NCBI GenBank assembly: GCA_001179505.1
Contig: CDMY01000547.1
Location: 1-53,755, forward strand
Length of the DNA stretch: 53,755 nucleotides
From: Vitrella brassicaformis CCMP3155
Lineage: Eukaryota; Protista; Chromerida
Direction of reading: 5' to 3'
Positions 11,412 to 24,953 of this stretch are shown here, one piece after another. The notes beneath the pieces were generated by a model. The model did no database searches and was not told where the DNA came from. It saw only the letters and a program-made list of their open reading frames with translations. Position 1 is the first letter of the stretch; the number at the start of each line of letters is the position of its first letter. Position numbers and translations under genes: made by a program.

Positions 11412-13274
11412 TCAATCCGCCGGCTGTGACGACCCGGCCCATGACAGCGACGGCTTACGAGAGGCCGTCATCTCGTGAGGCCTCGCAGGCGAATACAGCT
11501 CCAACACCTGCACACACCACACACCACACAGGTCAGACAGACACACAGGCACACTGGCCGACCGACCGACCTTGTTGAAAGCATTCTCGAGCTGGTCGAC
11601 CGAGAGGTTCTTGGAGAGGCAGACAAGCGGGGCCACCTCGCAGTAGGGCGGGACGAGCAGCCGCTGCTGCTGCCCGTCGTACACACTCCCGCTGTCACTC
11701 TTGTCGCTGCGGTCCGCCGCAATGCCCTTGGCCTTGTCCTTATCCTTCTTGTCCTTGTGGTGCCCGCCTTTGTCCTTCTTGGAGCCCTTCTCCTTGCTGC
11801 TCTTCTGAGCCAATCGCTCTTTCTCGAGCTCCCGACGGATGCACGACGACGATGTCGATCCCACCATCCCCCCGATGCGGCTGATCTTGCTGGTCTTGCC
11901 GCCGTCGAGCATCGGGGCGAGCCAGGTGCGCTTCCTGTCGAGCGCATCGGCAATGCTCCACGAAAAGGCGCTGGGGACAGCGGGTGTGGTGGTAGGTGTG
12001 GTCGCGTCAATGGCCTCTGCTGCTAGTGGTGCTGTGGCTGTTGAGGGGGGCGGCTCTGTGGCAGTGCTGGTGGGCTCTTCGATGGCATTCTCCCCCGTGT
12101 GGTGCTCTCCCTCTTGTATGGCCATTTCCTCGTTCTCGTTGGCAGCCTCCTCAATGGTGAGTTGCTCCAGAGGTGGGTGAGGGGGGATGGCGGGGGCGGA
12201 CCCCTTTCTGTCTTTCAGGGGCTGCGAGAGGTCGCCGAGGTCGCTCATCTTGGGGCTGAGCCCTCCGGCCAGTGTGTTGCGGACGCTCTTGAAGTTTTCC
12301 ACCCACTTGTCCGTCTCCATCGCGTGGGCGTGGGTGCTGCGGTCGGAGAGAGGTGGGGCAATCTCCTCAGGCGGGCTTACATCGCCGCTCGCATGCTGCT
12401 GCTGGTTGGTGCTGGTGCTGGCCGTCCCGCCCTCTGTGGCTGGTGGTGGTGGTGGTGGTGGCGGTGTGGGTGTCTCGAGCAGCACGTCACACGGGTTGAC
12501 ATCCTTCGCCGGGCTGGCCGTGAGCATATCGGCGCTCTCCGTCCTCACCGCCGGCATATTCGCCGGCCACGGCCCACACGGCACCGACACGGGAACAGCC
12601 TGTGGCTGGGGGAACTCCTCCTTCTGTTGCAGATGCTCTTCGTCGGACATGGGCGTCTGCTGCACTTGCTGCCACGGCTGGCCGGAGTGCAGTGGTGAGA
12701 GGCCTCGTTCGCTATCGGGTGTGGGGCTCCCCTGGCTGCCCTTGTAGAGGGACTGCGCGAGCCGGGGGAGCTGATCGCGGGTCTCCCGTGCTTGGCGGGC
12801 TAGAAGAGCGTAGTTCTCACCAAAGCCGTCACGAGCGCCTGAGAGAGATCAGGAGAGTGCGGAAGGTGTGGGTGGAGGAGGGGGGAGGGTGGGTATTGTG
12901 TTCCGACTGACCTGTGCTAAATTGTATCTCGAGCCTGTATCTGTTGGGGTCGCCCACAGGCAGCTTCCGGTTCTCCCATAACCTGCAAGGACACACACAC
13001 AGTGGTAGCTAGGCATACACACCTCTCTCTCTCTGACTGTCTGTCTGTCTTTTTGTCAGGGTGTGGTGTGTATGGGATGCCATTGGCTGACCTGAAGATG
13101 ACGTGTGACATGTAGTGGAGGTCTGTAACGTGCTGCAGCTTCTTCTGCGCCTCGCCGTCCAGCAAAGGCTGCACTTCGGGCGTGATGCCGCCACTGTGCA
13201 GCAACACATTCACCAACGACTGAACCAGCCAGCTCACACATGAATCGGGTGAGCTGAGCATGGGCGTCATTCAC

Positions 13275-13318
<44 letters not shown>

Positions 13319-16062
13319 CAGCAGGTGTGATGCGGATGTGACGTAGTATCGTGACCGCACATTCCTCCATGGCGACTTGATGCCCAGCGCACGGGCAGCG
13401 TCCTCCTGCAGACGGATGTGATTCCGATCCTGCCAATACTCACAGAGAGAGAGAGAGAGAGAGCATGAGCATGACCACCTGTGCTGTGTGAAGTGGGTGG
13501 GTGACCGACTGACCTCATGTTCCTCCTCATGGTGGTGCGCCTCGTGGTGCTCCTCCCCCTCGGCTGACTGCAGCCATCCGATCCATGCATCCAACACAGC
13601 ACATGTCCAGCTGCCAGCCATAACTCGCCTGCCTCGTCTGTGCCATGGCTCCTCTTACGTGTCCGGAGGTCATGCGTCTGCTGACGGTGGTCTGGTGCCC
13701 CCACAGCTCGTTGGTGTTAATCACCGTCGCCTCCTTCTCCTTGTCCCTCTCTTTCTCCTGCTCTCTCTCCTCATCCCTCTCCCCCTCCACCTCGCCCTCG
13801 CCGCCATCCTTGCCTGCAGGTGGTGCGGCACTTTCGGCCACCTTACTGGGCGGCAGCCTGCCAGCAGTGCCCATGTCGGTGGCCTGGTCGGCGCGTTGGC
13901 AGGGCGGCGGGGGGGAGGGTGAGGCGGCGCGCGAGCCGGGCTCGCCGCCGGGGATGCCGGTGGCGAACGACTCGCCGGAATGGCCGGTGGGGGAGGGGGA
14001 CGTGGGCACTGATGTGGGCATACACAGGTATGTAAGCACAAAGAGGCGCGGATGCAGTCAGTCAGAAAACCGGCCGGCCATGTGTGTTTGGTTCGGTGAG
14101 GGAGGGGACGGTAGGTATGTACCTGAGGGTGGTTCGCTGCCGAGTGGTGAGGGGCATGGCTGCAAGTTGAGCGTGCCCAGCTTAGACGCCACCTCGGGAT
14201 GAGCTGCCAGGTACTTTACCTCAGCGGCCGCCTGCATCCATCCACACATCCACCCATCCACCCATCCATCGCAACATGACAGCATCAAATCAGGGGGCCC
14301 TCCGCAGAAACCCCTTGCCAACCCTCTCTCTCCATGCTTACCCGTTCGGTGAAGCGTGCATTGAGTTCCGTCACCTGGAACTGCCCCTTGTCGCCCTCTT
14401 CGCCCCTCTCCTTCCCTGCCGAAATCGGCGACATCGCCGGCTTGCGGGACTGCGGGGGCAATGGCGGCCGGCTCACAGGCGAACCTCTGGGCAGCTGGGG
14501 TGTTGTGGCTGCTGCTGGCGCTGGTGGTGGTGGCGGTGCTGGTGGTGCTGGTGTGGGCTGGTTGGAAGGGGCGGTGGGTGACGGATGTGACGCTGAGGCT
14601 GCTGCTGACGTGTCTGATGTGGAGTGAGGTCGGTTGGCAGCCGCGGTGGCCCTGAAGTATCTGTCCGGTGTGAGTTTGGCCTTCTCGTCTTCGTCGCGCC
14701 AGAAGGTGAGGTCCCTGACGATCTTGCGCAGCAGCTTGTGCACGACGCTCGCGCCAATCTTGAGCTTCTGCTCGTTGTTCACGCCGTACTCCTGCGGCTG
14801 CGCGTAGTTGCCCAGCGGCCTGCATCCATCCATCCATCCATCCACACGCAGCGCAGCCACATGTGTCGACATGTAGGCACCCGACGCCCGCCTTGCGTAC
14901 TCGATGAGCGAGTGAATGGTGAGAGCGGTGTCGAGGGCGTTGCCGAGATAGGGGTGGTGGTGGATGAGGTCGAACCGCACGTTGTCGACCAGGTCGGGCA
15001 CCTTGGACGTGTCGAACAGCGGGACGAAGCCGCGCGGGCCGTCCGGCTGCTCGCCACCCTCCATGGGCTCCCTGCCTCTTCTGACGATGCGGCCCGTCTC
15101 CTGCTCACTCTCTCCCTCATCTCGGTCGGACGTGTCCATGTCGCTCGGTGGTGGCTCTGGCGGCTTCTTCTTCGAAGGCTTGATGTACCTGACACACACA
15201 AGGGAGAGAAAGAGGGAGAGGGGGAGGCACCCATGCTGTCGGGGAGAGGGTGCGGGGAAAGGGTGCAACTGACTTACTGACCAAGCCTTATTGAGTTGTC
15301 TCCACCTCTGCTGCATTTCCTGCAGGCGCATGACGGCCCGCTGCGCGCAGTAGGCCACCTTGTCCTCGGGACACGACAGCAGCGGCTCCCACCTCTCGAG
15401 CTCTGAGCCCAGCTGACACGTGAACTGGTCTATCAAACCCTTCACCTGCACGACCAACACAACACATGGATGGGATGGGAGAGGGGTACGTTTGTGTAAA
15501 AAATGTCGTGAGGGGGTGGGGAAGGGCTGCGTGCCTTTTTCATGGATCTGAGCGGGTTTTGTATCTTGAGGAGGTTCTCGCGCAGCCCCAGGCTGAAGGT
15601 CGACGGGGCGAACTCATCCAGCAACGCAGGCGCCAATCGGAGATCCACATCGTTGTGCAGAAACTGCCACACAACACACCACACCACACCAACAATTTGC
15701 TGACTCGTATGCAATGCATTGCAGTGAAATATGGGTGGCCTGGCTTGCCTGGTCGATTTGTTCCTTGACGTATCCCCTCTCCTCGACGGGCGAAGTGTCG
15801 TCGAGGAGCGCGTGTGCCTTGCCGTCTCTGATGACCAGCTGCACCAGAATGGGCGTCAGCTCTCCCTCCAGGTCAAGAAACCCTTTCGTGAAGGCCGCAC
15901 TCGTCACCTGTGCACAGGAATAATGCGATCAGATATGGGTGTTCGGGGGCCAACGATTGTGAGCAGGTGACCCACCTGGCATCTCCCCTCGTCTGATGTG
16001 TAGATCTTGAAATCATGCCGGAACGTGCTGTGCAGACGGAGAAGCCCTGCAGACAAGCAGAG

Positions 16063-16096
<34 letters not shown>

Positions 16097-19000
16097 GACA
16101 CTCACGTGATTGTCAATGCCTCTGTTGCAGGGGCAGCATCCTGACGTAGGTACCTTCGCTGTCTCCCGGGTACATGGTCATCCTGAATCGCTTGCCGAGG
16201 TCCTCTGCCTGCGCCCTGCCGACCTCTGTGAGCTCGCCGCCCCACTTGGCCACCACCAACACCCGCTTCACCGACAGCTGCTTGTCCTTGTCCTTCTTGC
16301 TGCCGTCAGGATCCTTCTCCTTGCCGTCCTTGCCGTCCTTGCCGTCCTTGTCTTTGTCTTTGGTGGTGCTGCGGTCCTTCTTGTCAGATTTGCCTGCGCC
16401 TTCATCACCACCCTCCTGCACACATAGACATGGGTACACACATGGATACACACACATGTGGGAGGGGGGCGGGNNNNNNNNNNNNNNNNNNNNNNNNNNN
16501 NNNNNNNNNNNNNNNNNNNNNNNNNNNNNNNNNNNNNNNNNNNNNNNNNNNNNNNNNNNNNNNNNNNNNNNNNNNNNNNNNNNNNNNNNNNNNNNNNNNN
16601 NNNNNNNNNNNNNNNNNNNNNNNNNNNNNNNNNNNNNNNNNNNNNNNNNNNNNNNNNNNNNNNNNNNNNNNNNNNNNNNNNNNNNNNNNNNNNNNNNNNN
16701 NNNNNNNNNNNNNNNNNNNNNNNNNNNNNNNNNNNNNNNNNNNNNNNNNNNNNNNNNNNNNNNNNNNNNNNNNGGGGGGGGGGGGGGGGTGAATGGTGGT
16801 CCGTCCGGGCATCTTGCCTGTTTCAGCTGTGCGAATGGTGGGGCGCTGCTGCCTCTCTCCTTGTCCTTGTCCGGCTTGCCGTCAGGTGGTGTGGGCGAGG
16901 GGTCCCTGAAGCCAAACCCCGCCACCTCATCCTTGTTCCCTATGTGGGGGTGCGGCGTGGAGGGCACCGACGAGGGGTTGGACGCGCTTTCGGCCGGGAT
17001 GTTGTTGAGGCCGCTGCTGACGTCGACCTCGCCCACTGGTGGCGCAACAGCCGTCGCGTCTGTGGCTGCGCCGCTGGTGGGCGTGCTGATGGAGAAGGCG
17101 GGCTCCACCCAGCCGATGGGCTTCAGCTGAATCTTTCGATTGATGCCCGTGAAGGAACCTGCATCGCACCCACACACAAAGGCACACACAGTGTATGTGG
17201 GGTGTGTGATGTGCATGTGCATACCTGTCTCGGTGAGGACGTTGAGTAGCTGCCGCAGTCCGCTGAGTTCCTCGGCGCCGGCAGAGGACGCCGCGGCGCT
17301 GGTGTGTGGGTTGATGGCCTCCACCTTGCTCTCCCTCTCCTTGGTTGGCGGTGGGATGGGCGTGGGCTTGGGCGTGGCGGGGGACTCATCGGCACCCTTG
17401 CTGCTACTGCTGCTGCTGGTGTCCTTGCTGTCCTTGTCCTTCTTGCTGTCCACCTCCTGCGGTAAGACACGGAGACAAGGGAGGGGGGCGGCTCTGTGTG
17501 TGTGATGGTTGGTTGTGTGTTTACCTGTAGGATTGCCTTGACGCGTTCGAGCAGCAGCTGCAGCTCCTCTGGACTCTTGAGCTTCACCTCCTTCTTAGGA
17601 GGCCTGCAACAGACACACACGTATCTCTCCGTGTGTGTGTGTGTGTGTGGTGGTGCGTGCCTTCCGTCGAAGAACTTTCGTATGAGTGCGTTGTCTGTCT
17701 CGAATTTGAGTTTCTGCTTGGGCTGCCGATCGCCGTGACGCATCACCACGCACACCACACGCAACTCCTGCACCACACATCCACGACACACACACATAAG
17801 AGCCCTGCTCCGCGTGTGTGTCTATGTTGGCGGGGGAGAAGGTCTCTTACCTCGTCTTCCATCTCAGGGTTCCCGAATATCTCGTTGTCGCGCTCGAGAA
17901 ACTGCTTCCACGAACCATCCTGATACATATAACACACAAACGGTACACACACATCAGGCCCATAGGGATGCACCGCAGGCCAGGCCAGGCAGGAAGACAC
18001 CTCACCTCGTCCTTGAGGTTGACGGCGCTGGCCGCATGGTCGATGTTGACATTGCGGGACATGTAGGGGTACCGGTCAGACACACGAGACAGCAGCAGCT
18101 GACAGACAAAACAGACACACACACACACACACACAGGGAGATGAGATTGTGTCCACTAGGTGTGTGTGTCCGTGGTGTCTGTGCCTCCCCTCCCCACCCA
18201 CGTACCCCCCTGATGATGTGTGCGCAGTCGTTGTAGTACTTGACGTTGCCCTTGACGAACGACCAGCCGTTGACGTCACATATCACAGGCTTGCCGCCCT
18301 TGGTGCGCAATATGTCGAACCTGACACGACAAGCAGACACCCATGGCGCCGCACCGACACATAGAACACAATGTGAGTGTCGGTGTCGTGTGGGCTTGGC
18401 TGGCTGTGTGTCTTGTCTTGTGAGTGGCGCACCCGCATACGGTCTGTCTGAATGCCTCCACGATTCGGTAAGCGATAAGTTTCTCCTCTTCGCTGAGTAT
18501 GACGGGGTAGCGCACCTCCTTGCCATCGGACGAGCGCTGCACCCTGCCGTCCAGAGAGGGAGCCTGCAGAATATGACACACACACACACACACAAAACAC
18601 ACACACACGCATGCACACACACAGAGAGAGAAAGAGGGAGGTGTGGATCATATGAGTGGACGAGTTTCCGGCCAAGTGAGCAGGATGGTATGGTACCTTC
18701 CTCGCTTCGGCGTGAGCGAAGGTCTGCCCCACGGTGTACACCTAACCAGATACCATGCATGCAACACCAAACAAAACAGCACGGCACACTCACCGATGCC
18801 CACACGTGTTTGTGTGATGGGGTGTGGTGTGGTAGGGTGAGAGTCACCTAACCTACCTTGACGTCAGTGCCGTAGGTGGGGAGGAACTCCTCGTAGATGT
18901 ACATGCTGTCGCGCCTCACCTGGTGCAGTTCGGGGTCGAAGTTGCTTGACCGGTCCTTGACCTTGCGAAACAGCTTCTTGCACCCACCGCCCGTATTCCT

Positions 19001-20220
19001 GGTCATATCATATCACTGTTGTTGTGCGTGCGACCCGAGAGTGCGTGCAGAAGGATAGATACCTTGGGTAGTAGATCCAGTTGTTGTGGTCGTCGGCGTC
19101 AATGGGCTTCTCCACAAACGGCTTGTTCAACCTGGTGAAGGTACACGCATTCACACACACACGAAAACATGGTTCAGGTGTGTGTGAGAAGGTGTGTGTC
19201 GCGGCGCTGGTCTACCTACCTGATCCCCTCATATACGATGTAGTCGTAGTACTCTTCAAAGGACTTCTCGCCTGTGACCAACCATAATGCAAGCAAGACA
19301 AAGTGCTGAATGCCATGATGTGCGCTGCTGGCGTGTGCCGACCTCGTCTGACGGCGTCGTGGTCGACAGTGATGTAGTTGGGATGGGGGATGCTCCACTC
19401 CTGAAGCAGAGAACATACACACACACAGACGCACACACGTCTCTGCTGACCTCGTGTGTGTTGCAATTAAGTGGCTGTGAGTGTGCGTCGGTGCCTACGT
19501 CGAGCACTCTGTAGACCTCGAGTCTGCTCCTGAGCACTTTCTGGTGCTCCAGGTCATTCAAAGTGATCGGCTTGAACTTGCGCACGTAGTCGATCGCCTG
19601 ATGGACAGACATGATGTGGTTGGCCAATCCAACCACACAAACAGGCACACAGACACATACACATACAGACACACACATGATGAGCCATGGGTGCGTGAGT
19701 TGTGAGTGAGTGGTGTGTGGATGACGGACCTTGTCTAGAGGGAAGCCCGTTGAGAAGAATGCGATGAGGCAGTGCACCTTCGGCCATTCTGACACATCCT
19801 TCTCAAGAATTACCTGGTGGTCGGCCGGCCGGCACATACACACACACACACCCCCACACACACAGACAAGCAGACAGACACCCAGATGTTCCGCAGTATT
19901 CCCACGGCCGTACGTACCTCTTCGGGGAATTTGACGATTCTGAATTCGCCCGCCTTTGTGATTCTCCTGAGTATCTCCTCCATGGGCGCCGACTCGATCT
20001 TGCTGGCCATGGCGCATATGCCCAAGTCTATCTTGTGAACAGGACCCGCCTCTTCGTTGGTGCGGGCCCGCCTGACACGACCGACCAACGCACACACAAG
20101 GGAGGAAGACACAGATGCATGCGATGCGTATACTGGGACAGAGAGGCTGCGTGGAGGCATGGAATGGATAGATTGCTTGACTCACCCTCGGGATCTGAAG
20201 GGTGCGGTGATGTACTGCAT
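11412..20220 (-). CDS. VIP1: Inositol hexakisphosphate / diphosphoinositol-pentakisphosphate kinase (VIP1/PPIP5K), multi-exon, spans gap 1
   Basis: Kinase motifs: [69 protein letters not shown]. Histidine acid phosphatase-like motifs: [70 protein letters not shown]...[12 protein letters not shown]. The start at 20220 ([11 protein letters not shown]) is tentative. Confidence 0.95.
16474..16773. other. Assembly gap 1 (300 N), flanked by G runs, inside VIP1
   Basis: N run of placeholder length. Confidence 0.99.
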
Positions 20221-20438
20221 TCTCTTGATCAGATCTCTATCAACCTACATCTGCTGCATCCTCTCGAACGGTTGCTTGGTCCTCGAACGGACCCATTGTC
20301 CTTCTCACTTCCCTGAGCTCGCAAAGCTCGCATGGCTCAGGGACAAGACTGTTTCCCATCTACCCATCTGCCCTTGGTGCGCCAGATCTGCGTTGCCCTG
20401 TCCTTTTTCCTTCGCTAATTGCTCGGAAAGGCGACATC

Positions 20439-21930
20439 ATGTTGTTCGCCCTCTTCCTCACGCTCGCCCTCTGCGTCACGTGCAGCCACGCCTTCAGGGA
20501 GCCGACAAACACTCCCCAGGTAGTGCCACACGCGGACACACACACGCGCGCGCTTGCCATCGGCGCAGCTCTACTCGATGTGTTTTGGTGGTTGTGTGTA
20601 GGTCCGTCGCCAGCAGGATCTTCCCGCCAACACGAAGTTGTCTGCGTCGGAGTACGACGGCTTGATTGGCCTGCTGGGAAACCACTCAAGACTCACCTCC
20701 CTCTACCGGTAAGTGTGTGTGTTCACCAAGGACAGCAGGACAACACTGTATGTATGTATGTGTGACTGATTGACAGGGCATCTGAGCACGGTGGTAGATT
20801 TGACGACATGCTGAAGCGTGTGGGCGACAAGAAGCGCCTGGCGTTCGTCCTGCGCACACACAATCATCAAAACAAAAACAATTATGTATTCGGCTTCTAT
20901 ATGAGCGAGAGCATCAACGTGCCTCCGTACCCGGCCAACTCGACCGCATACGAGTCTGAGGTGTGGTGGTTCTCGCTGGCGGGCCACTTCCGAGTGCCGG
21001 TCAAGATCGTCGATTGGAGACCACCGTATGTGCGACTACAAGGTGAACCGGTAGAGAATGTGGGCTTTGTATGGTCTATCTACTTGGACCACAAGCCGGA
21101 ACCCGACGCGACTCTAGAGGGATATCTAGTTCTGAACCAACAATGGGCCCCTGACACCCGGCCTAAGGATGACATTCGCAACGGCAGAATCAACCTCGTT
21201 CCCGAGTATCTTCCTCCGGGCTACTTTGGAATGTTGTACTACTTTGATGGGAAACCTAGTAGGTATCCTGTGTTTGGGGGGGGGGGNNNNNNNNNNNNNN
21301 NNNNNNNNNNNNNNNNNNNNNNNNNNNNNNNNNNNNNNNNNNNNNNNNNNNNNNNNNNNNNNNNNNNNNNNNNNNNNNNNNNNNNNNNNNNNNNNNNNNN
21401 NNNNNNNNNNNNNNNNNNNNNNNNNNNNNNNNNNNNNNNNNNNNNNNNNNNNNNNNNNNNNNNNNNNNNNNNNNNNNNNNNNNNNNNNNNNNNNNNNNNN
21501 NNNNNNNNNNNNNNNNNNNNNNNNNNNNNNNNNNNNNNNNNNNNNNNNNNNNNNNNNNNNNNNNNNNNNNNNNNNNNNNNNNNNNNGGGGGGGGGGGGAC
21601 CAGAGGGGCGAGCCGTCAGAATATTTCTCCGCTGATGAGCTAGAGGTGCTGCAAGTGCAGGATGATGGTCAAGCGCAGCCACAGCCGACGCAACCGCCCG
21701 AGCCCCAGCCGCAGCCGGGCGAGCCGCAACCGACCGAGCCGCATCCGCAGCCAGGCAAAGGCCCCCCTGTGTCCGATGGCCGTCCAGCACCCCCGCAACA
21801 GCGCTGTCCTGACTGTGTGTGTTCTGACGCAGTGGCACGCACGAGAAGCTCGTGGTGGGTCGGGGGAGGGATAGCGATGGCGATCCTAGGGGTGGTCTTT
21901 TTAGTAGACCTGCTTTGGGGTTACGGTTAC
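20439..21930 (+). CDS. Signal-peptide-bearing TLDc-like domain protein with Pro/Gln linker and C-terminal TM helix (may extend to about 22508); spans gap 2
   Basis: Signal peptide MLFALFLTLALCVTCSHA. Spliced LSASEYDGLIGLLGNHSRLTSLYR|ASEHGGRFDDMLKRVGDKKRLAFVL...YVFGFYM...WWFSLAGHF and terminal FSADELEVLQV fit the TLDc pattern (LYRAS..G....F / FG.Y / F.....EV). These are followed by QPQPTQPPEPQPQP repeats and WWVGGGIAMAILGVVFLVDLLW. Confidence 0.75.
21287..21586. other. Assembly gap 2 (300 N), between two poly-G runs
   Basis: N run of placeholder length. Confidence 0.99.
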
Positions 21931-23352
21931 GGTCATGTGTGTGGAACAAACGTTCCTCCTCACTGCACTGTGCACGTGTGTCTGCTCTATGAGTGTACGT
22001 CTGTGTGGCGCTTTATGAGTGTTGCACTTCATCACGTAGCTGTTTGCCTGCGTGTGTGCGTTCAATGATATCTTCGTGCAACGTGTCTGGTATTTTTCTG
22101 CCTCTGTCGACTACTTGTCGGTGTTTCTTTCTTTAAGCTGTTTGAGCTGCCTGCCTGTTGGAAAGGTGTGTAGTTCCATGCGTTTGTGTCAACGCTGACT
22201 TGATGAGACAGAGCGACAGATGTCCGTGCATTCATGGACTGGTCAGTGTTTGCGTGCGTGTCGTTTGTTGTGTTTATGTAAGCGTGGGAGCCAGGGTTTA
22301 TGGGAGTGCTCTCAGCAGCCGTCGGTGTGTGTCAGTCATGCAGGGGGTAGGACAGCCACAGACAGGGGAATTGGTGGTTCGTGAGGACGATGCAAGCCAC
22401 AGACAGGCACTTCATTTGATGGACGGATGCGTCAATAATCATTGGTGGTCGCTCGCATTACTATCCAACCGCATGAGAGAGATGGAGGAAAAGATAAGGG
22501 CAGACTAACTGCCGACGATAATCTCGTGGGCTTGCATCGTGCTCAAGAAACCGAAATTCGTGTCTCATTTTTGTCTGGTCAGTTGACCAGTCAGGCTTTG
22601 CTGTTCAATTGTAATCTGTTGAATCTGGATCAATTGCATTTGCGTGTGCTTACTGATGTGAGTCCCCTCCCCCTTTCGCACCACAAAGCACTACCACACC
22701 ACTGTCACTCACTCAATACACATGCGGACGGACGGACAGACAGACAGACAGAGGCAGGCAGGTCAGGGAGAAAAATAGTCTCTTTAAGTGTCAGACAGGT
22801 CCGGCTCGCCGATGCACACACAGACCCCCCCACACACACATCAGGGCAGGATAACGACAAATACACAGGCAGCCACAGTCGCTCATTCATTGCAGTCCAG
22901 CCAGCGCACATACACCCAGCGATCAACGAATAAACACACCAATGCACACTCTCACACGGGGGCACCAGCAGTGTGCCGGCAGATCAGCTAACTTAGATGA
23001 GGCACAAAAGAAGGACAGACAGACAGACAGACAGGCAGACAGGGGCGCACAGAGGACGGCACAAATGGACGGAAGGCAGACATTTATGTTCGTACAGCAA
23101 GAGAGAGGGAGAAGCACATCTCCCTCCCTCCCTCCCTCGCTACTGCACCACACGCAGCACCTCTACCTCGTCCGCCATCGACACGAATGACCCGCCCAGA
23201 TAAACAGCACAAATCACCCATGGTTCACATCATGCGATAGCACATGGACAACAAAATGACGAAAGCCATGGACAGACCGACAGAAAGCACACCCATTTAC
23301 GGCATTCGAGCATGTAATACCTTTCACATACAGGCAGCGCAGCTGATTGACG

Positions 23353-24953
23353 CTACACGCCCAGGCCGGTATCCACACCCTTATTGGAACCCATTTGCCG
23401 ATCTGTTTTGCGACGGAGTTGCTCGTCTTGCACCTGCTCCTTCGTTGGCGGGCCATACGAGTCTGGCAACTCGCAACCGCAACATATCAAACATCTTATC
23501 ATGACGCCGAGACAGAAGGCGGCCTTCATCTTGCTTATCATCTGCACCACACAGCAGACACAACAGACAAACAGCCATCGGGGCAGTATAAAAGGACACC
23601 ATAGGAACATGCCTCCCTTGCTCACCGGCAGAAATGCGAGGATCGCAGAGATGAGTGTGAGGAGGATGGCTACGATGGCGATGATGGAGGAGTAGTCGAG
23701 GGGGCACACGATCCTCTCGCCGTCCTTGTCAAGGCATTTCGGGTATTCCGTGCGAGAGCCGTTCGTCAAGATGCCCCACACCATAATACCTTCACGTACA
23801 AACAAGCCGAGCGACATCGGTCTGTCTGTGTACTGGGCGCCAGTATGTTGCTGACCGACGAAGAAGAAGATGAGTGCTCCAGTGTAGCTGAAGGGGATGA
23901 ATATCGCAAGCTTGTCGTTGCCCAGCAAGCTGAGGACACTGCTCGCAAGCCACAAAAACGAATGGTCAATTTGCAGAAGCTCATAAAGGCATGGTGCATG
24001 GAGCAGAGGGAGACCTACCCGGCAACGGCGCCAACGAACAGAAGGGCCACGCCGAAGGTCCTGAAAGGACAGCATCGACAGGTCACTGTGGATCCTCTGG
24101 CTGAAAAAAACGGGTTAGGCAGCTCACCCCAGTGAGACCATAGTGTAGCCGCCGTTGATATTCTTCTGCAGGGCCTTGCATTCGTCCTGCAACGAGACGC
24201 ACAAATGCGTATTACTGACTGATTCGGTGTGTGTGCGAGGCTCTCCACCCCACCCAGTTGTCTCAGTTGCAATCGTGGTGGATTTGGTCTGAAATACACC
24301 CAAGCAGAACACATGATTGATGGAGGGGGATAACTGAGCAGCTGCCTGTACATACCATGAAATTGCCAGTAGTCCCTCAGGTCCTCGTAACTGGTGCGGC
24401 ACACACACGCGTCTACCGACTTGCCCTTCACCAGATAAGCTGCACGGACAGACGTGTACAGTACGAGATGCGAAATGCACACAGCTCGTGTGCATCTAAT
24501 CATGCTTACCGTCTTTCTGAAGGCATGTGAATGTCGAGTCCACCTGTTCTGCGAACCCTGCCACGAGTGGGTCGGTCACAACCTGGGCGATGGCTTGGAT
24601 GTTATTCTCGTCGCAGTATTCGCTTGTGCCCTTCCCAGTGAAGCCCGCCACGGCGTGGGTCAGGCCTGCACGAGTGATCAATGGCACGAAAGCACAGCCC
24701 AGCTCCTATCATCGTGAATCAACGCATCCCTACCGTAGGCTTGAAAAAGCATGTCGATGACACCGTCGACTCCAGAGTCAACACCAATATTCACTCGATT
24801 CGCACGCCAGTGGTCCGTCGCCATGGCTGTCGACAAACAAACACAACTGGACAAAGGACCTCCCTCCCCGGCAATCACTGCATTCTCACCGGCAATCATG
24901 AGGATGGCGGCGCAGAAGGCAAGGATGGTACCGACAAGCCCAAGGATCTTCAT
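23353..24953 (-). CDS. Four-TM claudin/PMP22-superfamily-like membrane protein, about 8 exons
   Basis: In-phase GT-AG splicing gives TM1 MKILGLVGTILAFCAAILMIA(A)MATDHWR, a Cys-containing loop with YGL, TM2 SLGTFGVALLFVGAVAGVLSLL, TM3 LAIFIPFSYTGALIFFFVGIMVWGIL, loop CLDKDGERIVC, TM4 YSSIIAIVAILLTLISAILAFLP, and a Cys-rich tail. The family call rests on architecture only. Confidence 0.65.

Noticed and set aside
16280-16360. 9-nt repeats (TTGCCGTCC x3) and other short tandem units
   Set aside because: They encode KDG repeats within the VIP1 insertion. They are not a CRISPR array or an independent element; no repeat-spacer array exists in the window.
22430-22660. AT-richer segment with short Q/I-rich antisense reading, suspected TE relic
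   Set aside because: No transposase/RT motif, TIR or TSD is recognisable. It may be the last exon or 3' UTR of the TLDc-like gene.
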